A stretch of 32,000 nt of DNA from Thermosulfurimonas dismutans (GTDB taxonomy: Bacteria; Desulfobacterota; Thermodesulfobacteria; Thermodesulfobacteriales; Thermodesulfobacteriaceae): assembly GCF_001652585.1 (NCBI RefSeq), contig NZ_LWLG01000008.1:48620-80619 (forward strand), read 5' to 3'. This document shows, in pieces, positions 29,092 to 32,000 of the stretch. A program made the position numbers and the translations under genes. Within the stretch, counting starts at the first letter, position 1. Every line of letters starts with the position of its first letter. A model generated the notes under the pieces. The model worked only from the letters and a program-made list of their open reading frames with translations, was not told the DNA's origin and ran no database searches.

Positions 29092-30255
29092 CTAAAGGCT
29101 TAGGGAAGCCAGTCGTGAGAGGGCCTCCTCAAGCCTCTCCTTGCCCACCGTAAGCGCGATGCGAAAATATCCCTCACCCGGATCGCCAAAACCGTTTCCG
29201 GGAGTAACCACGATCCCAGCCTCCTTGAGCACCTTAGCACAGAAGTCGGCAGAGGTGTATCCCTCCGGCACCTTCACCCAGAGATAGAAAGTGGCCTTCG
29301 GCGGATGAACCTCGAAGCCTAGTTTCTTTAAACCTTCGAGCATCACCTGCCTTCGCTCGTCAAAGATCCGCCTATGTTCGGCCACACAGTCCTGCGAGCC
29401 GGTTAGGGCCGCAATGCCGGCCTCTTGGATGGCCTGAAAGCACCCGGAATCCACGTTGTTCTTGACTGTTGTAAGGCCCTTGACCAACTCGGGGTTGCCA
29501 ACGGCAAATCCGATACGCCACCCGGTCATGCAGTAAGTCTTGGAGAGGCTGTGAAACTCGATGGCCACCTCCTTGGCTCCCGGGACCTCGAGGATACTCG
29601 GAGGCACGTAGCCGTCAAAGTAGAGTTCGGTATAGGCGGCGTCATGGGCCACGATGAGGTTGTGCTCCTTGGCAAAGGCCACTACCTCGGAAAACCACTC
29701 CTTGGTGACTACCGCAGTAGTAGGATTATTGGGATAGTTGATCCAAAGGATACGAGCCCGTGAAAGGACATCTTCGGGAATACTTTTGAGGTCGGGCTTG
29801 AAGTCGTTTTCAGCCGTAAGAGGCAGGTAATAAGTTTCGCCTCCGGCAAAGAGGGTCCCGATGTGATAGACCGGATAGGCCGGAGTGGGCACTAGGACCA
29901 CGTCTCCCGGATTTACAAAGGCCAGAGGGAAATGGGCAATCCCCTCTTTGGAACCGATGAGGGTGACCACCTCGCTTGCCGGATCAAGTTCAACCCCGAA
30001 ACGGGCCTTGAACCAGCTGACTACCGCCTCCCGGAAGGCTATCATCCCTACACTCGAGGGATAGTGGTGGTTTTCGGGTTTCTCGAGGGCCCGTTTCCCG
30101 GCCTCGACGATGTGTTCCGGGGTGGGGAGATCTGGGTCCCCCACCCCGAGGTCTATCACATCCACGCCCTTGGCCTGAACCTCGGCTTTTAGCCGATCGA
30201 GCTCCACGAAAAGATAAGGGGGAAGCTTCTTCAATCTTTCGGAGAAATCAAACAT
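29092..30255 (-). CDS. Class I/II PLP aminotransferase, LL-diaminopimelate aminotransferase-like
   Basis: LPPYLFVELDRLKAEVQAKGVDVIDLGVGDPDLPTP. The PLP-binding lysine lies in SLSKTYCMTGWRIG. 387 aa. Confidence 0.85.
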   Translation of the reverse strand: MFDFSERLKKLPPYLFVELDRLKAEVQAKGVDVIDLGVGDPDLPTPEHIVEAGKRALEKPENHHYPSSVGMIAFREAVVSWFKARFGVELDPASEVVTLIGSKEGIAHFPLAFVNPGDVVLVPTPAYPVYHIGTLFAGGETYYLPLTAENDFKPDLKSIPEDVLSRARILWINYPNNPTTAVVTKEWFSEVVAFAKEHNLIVAHDAAYTELYFDGYVPPSILEVPGAKEVAIEFHSLSKTYCMTGWRIGFAVGNPELVKGLTTVKNNVDSGCFQAIQEAGIAALTGSQDCVAEHRRIFDERRQVMLEGLKKLGFEVHPPKATFYLWVKVPEGYTSADFCAKVLKEAGIVVTPGNGFGDPGEGYFRIALTVGKERLEEALSRLASLSL

Positions 30256-30266
30256 TCCTCCCTCCC

Positions 30267-31376
30267 TTACCGTTCACGCTTGCCTTCGATGAACTCGATG
30301 GTCATCTGACGGGCCTTCCAATCCGGATACTGCTCCGGAGGATGTTTCATAGTGTAGGCGGAAATGGAAAGTAGCGGCCCACCTATGCCACGATCCTTGG
30401 CGAGCTTGGCACACCGGATGGCATCCATGGCCGAACCCGCGGAATTAGGAGAGTCTTCCACACTGAGCTTGAGCTCGATGTACATGGGGACACCCCCGAA
30501 GAGCTCGCCCTCGAGCCGAATGTAAGCGATCTTGTTGTCCTTGAGCCAGGGTACATAGTCCGAAGGGCCGATGTGGATGTTCTCCGCCCCAAGGTCATAG
30601 GGGATCAGGCTTGAGACTGCTTCGGTCTTGGAAACCTTTTTGGTCTTAAGCCGTTCGCGGGCCAACATGTTGAGGAAATCCGTGTTTCCGCCGAAGTTGA
30701 GCTGATAGGTCCGCTTGATGGGTACACCCCGGTCGATCATGAGTTGAGCTAGGGTACGGTGCACGATGGTAGCGCCTACCTGGGACTTGATGTCGTCTCC
30801 CACCGCCGGAATACCCTCCTTGGTAAAGCGCTCACCCCATTCCTTATCAGAGACGATGAAGGTTGGCATGGCGTTTACAAAGGCCACTCCGGCCCGCAGG
30901 CAGGCCTCGGCATAAAATCGGGCAGCCTCTTCCGAACCCACCGGCACGTAGTTGATGAGAACGTCTGCTCCGGTGTCTTTGAGCACCGCCACCACATCTT
31001 CAAGATCGTCCTCCTTTTCGTCTGAGAGCACGAAGGTCCGCCCCTCGGGATAGTCCTTCATGTGACTGGCACAGCCGTCAAGGGTCTTCCCCTTGCGCAC
31101 CTTGACGCCCGTCTTCGGCACATCCGGGTAAAATACGGTGGTGCAGTTAGGAGGAGAAAAGATGGCCTCGGCGACGTCCTTGCCCACCTTGCGGGCGTCC
31201 ACATCCCAGGCCGCCACCACCTCTACGTCCCAGGGATGATACCCCCCGATTTCGGGAAACATCACACCTTTAATAGCGTCCAACCCCTTCTCCTTGTAAT
31301 AGTAAATGCCCTGAACAAGAGAGCTCGCACAGTTTCCGACGCCCACAATGGCAAGCTTCACCTTTTTCTCCGCCAT
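30267..31376 (-). CDS. ino1: myo-Inositol-3-phosphate synthase (short archaeal/bacterial type)
   Basis: KVKLAIVGVGNCASSLVQGIYYYK, GDDIKSQVGATIVHR and SYTMKHPP. The preferred ATG at 31376 (MAEKKVK) follows GAAAGGAGGGGAGG. The track TTG at 31394 lies inside that RBS. Confidence 0.9.
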   Translation of the reverse strand: MAEKKVKLAIVGVGNCASSLVQGIYYYKEKGLDAIKGVMFPEIGGYHPWDVEVVAAWDVDARKVGKDVAEAIFSPPNCTTVFYPDVPKTGVKVRKGKTLDGCASHMKDYPEGRTFVLSDEKEDDLEDVVAVLKDTGADVLINYVPVGSEEAARFYAEACLRAGVAFVNAMPTFIVSDKEWGERFTKEGIPAVGDDIKSQVGATIVHRTLAQLMIDRGVPIKRTYQLNFGGNTDFLNMLARERLKTKKVSKTEAVSSLIPYDLGAENIHIGPSDYVPWLKDNKIAYIRLEGELFGGVPMYIELKLSVEDSPNSAGSAMDAIRCAKLAKDRGIGGPLLSISAYTMKHPPEQYPDWKARQMTIEFIEGKRER

Positions 31377-31550
31377 GGCCTCCCCTCCTTTCAAAATTAT
31401 TTAATGAAATCAAGCCGAACTACGCGCCCCGCTTCGAGGAGACGGACCCTCTCCACCGAAAAAAACGGGCTGTCATAACTATAAGTTTTAATAGTAAGGG
31501 TTGCAAGGGGGAGACGTCCTAAACCACCCTTAACAAAGAGAGTCATTACT

Positions 31551-31600
31551 CTTCCCCTTTGAAGGGGGGGGAATTACACCTCCCCCTCATAGGGGGAGGT
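31551..31600 (-). other. Two adjacent C/G-rich hairpins downstream of the DUF559 gene
   Basis: The first is ACCTCCCCCT-CAT-AGGGGGAGGT, a perfect 10-bp stem at 31578-31600. The second is CTTCCCCT-TTGA-AGGGGGGG at 31551-31570. Neither has a clear U-tract. Confidence 0.5.
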
Positions 31601-31612
31601 TGGGAGGTGGTC

Positions 31613-31978
31613 TCAAATGTTTTTCTCCAGGTACTCCAACACTCCCTCTAGGTTCTCAAGGACTTCTCGGTTGGTGAACCGAAAGACACGAAACCCAAGA
31701 TTCATTAAATAACGATCGCGGTGTTCGTCTGCCTTCCTGGCTTCAGAAGTATAATGGCTATCGCCGTCTATCTCGATCACCACTCGGGGATTAAAAGCGC
31801 AGAAATCCACAATATAAGGGCCAATGGGGATCTGGCGATGGAACTTGATGCTTAAGAACCGTCGCCCTCTTAGCATCTGCCAGAGCTTTCGCTCCGCCGG
31901 GGTCGGCTCTTTTCGTAGCTTTCGGGCTTTTTCTTTTAACTTGTAGTTGTAAAGGAAGCGTTTCTTTTTGTGGGCCAC
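31613..31978 (-). CDS. DUF559 (Vsr-like) endonuclease-domain protein
   Basis: PTPAERKLWQMLRGRRF...KFHRQIPIGPYIVDFCAF...VVIEIDGDSH...RDRYLMNLGFRVFRF. GTG start. Confidence 0.8.
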   Translation of the reverse strand: MAHKKKRFLYNYKLKEKARKLRKEPTPAERKLWQMLRGRRFLSIKFHRQIPIGPYIVDFCAFNPRVVIEIDGDSHYTSEARKADEHRDRYLMNLGFRVFRFTNREVLENLEGVLEYLEKNI

Positions 31979-32000
31979 AGAGTGATTTTAACCCGCCCCT

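Overview
This 32-kb window comes from a roughly 50% GC bacterium. It is probably a thermophile, judging from Glu/Lys/Arg/Leu-rich proteins, an inositol-3-phosphate synthase, an AhbD/NirJ-like radical SAM protein and a Re-citrate-synthase-like enzyme; that is inference only.

Positions 1-6494 are the right-hand end of an integrative island inserted at the 3' end of tRNA-Asn(GTT). Reading leftward from the tRNA, it carries:
- a tyrosine integrase with an N-terminal zinc ribbon
- an RHH-PIN toxin-antitoxin pair with a palindromic operator
- a Dam-family N6-adenine methyltransferase with a ~90-aa C-terminal extension
- a 0.55-0.7 kb stretch with no convincing gene
- a Lon-like AAA+ ATPase that lacks a protease domain
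- a DUF2779/Cas4-like nuclease that runs off the left edge. This gene is absent from the supplied ORF track; I found it by manual translation.

The ATPase-nuclease pair, possibly together with the solitary methyltransferase, is my best candidate for an undescribed defence-type module.

Positions 6.6-32 kb are tightly packed core genes: serS, fur-feoA-feoB, kdsD, a PilZ protein coupled to polA, rsmG, pyrG, an AhbD-like radical SAM protein plus MOSC, an FAH-family hydrolase, mscS, PNP, RNase G, an MBL hydrolase, lytic transglycosylase, a YHS protein, folK, an aminotransferase, MIPS and DUF559.

Four oddities stand out in the core region:
- an HMGL/Re-citrate-synthase-like enzyme fused to a C-terminal Cache-like sensor domain
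- an MBL hydrolase whose conserved N-terminus lies upstream of any in-frame start codon
- a folK with the same problem
- a degenerate hicA-like ORF

I saw no rRNA, CRISPR array or transposase.
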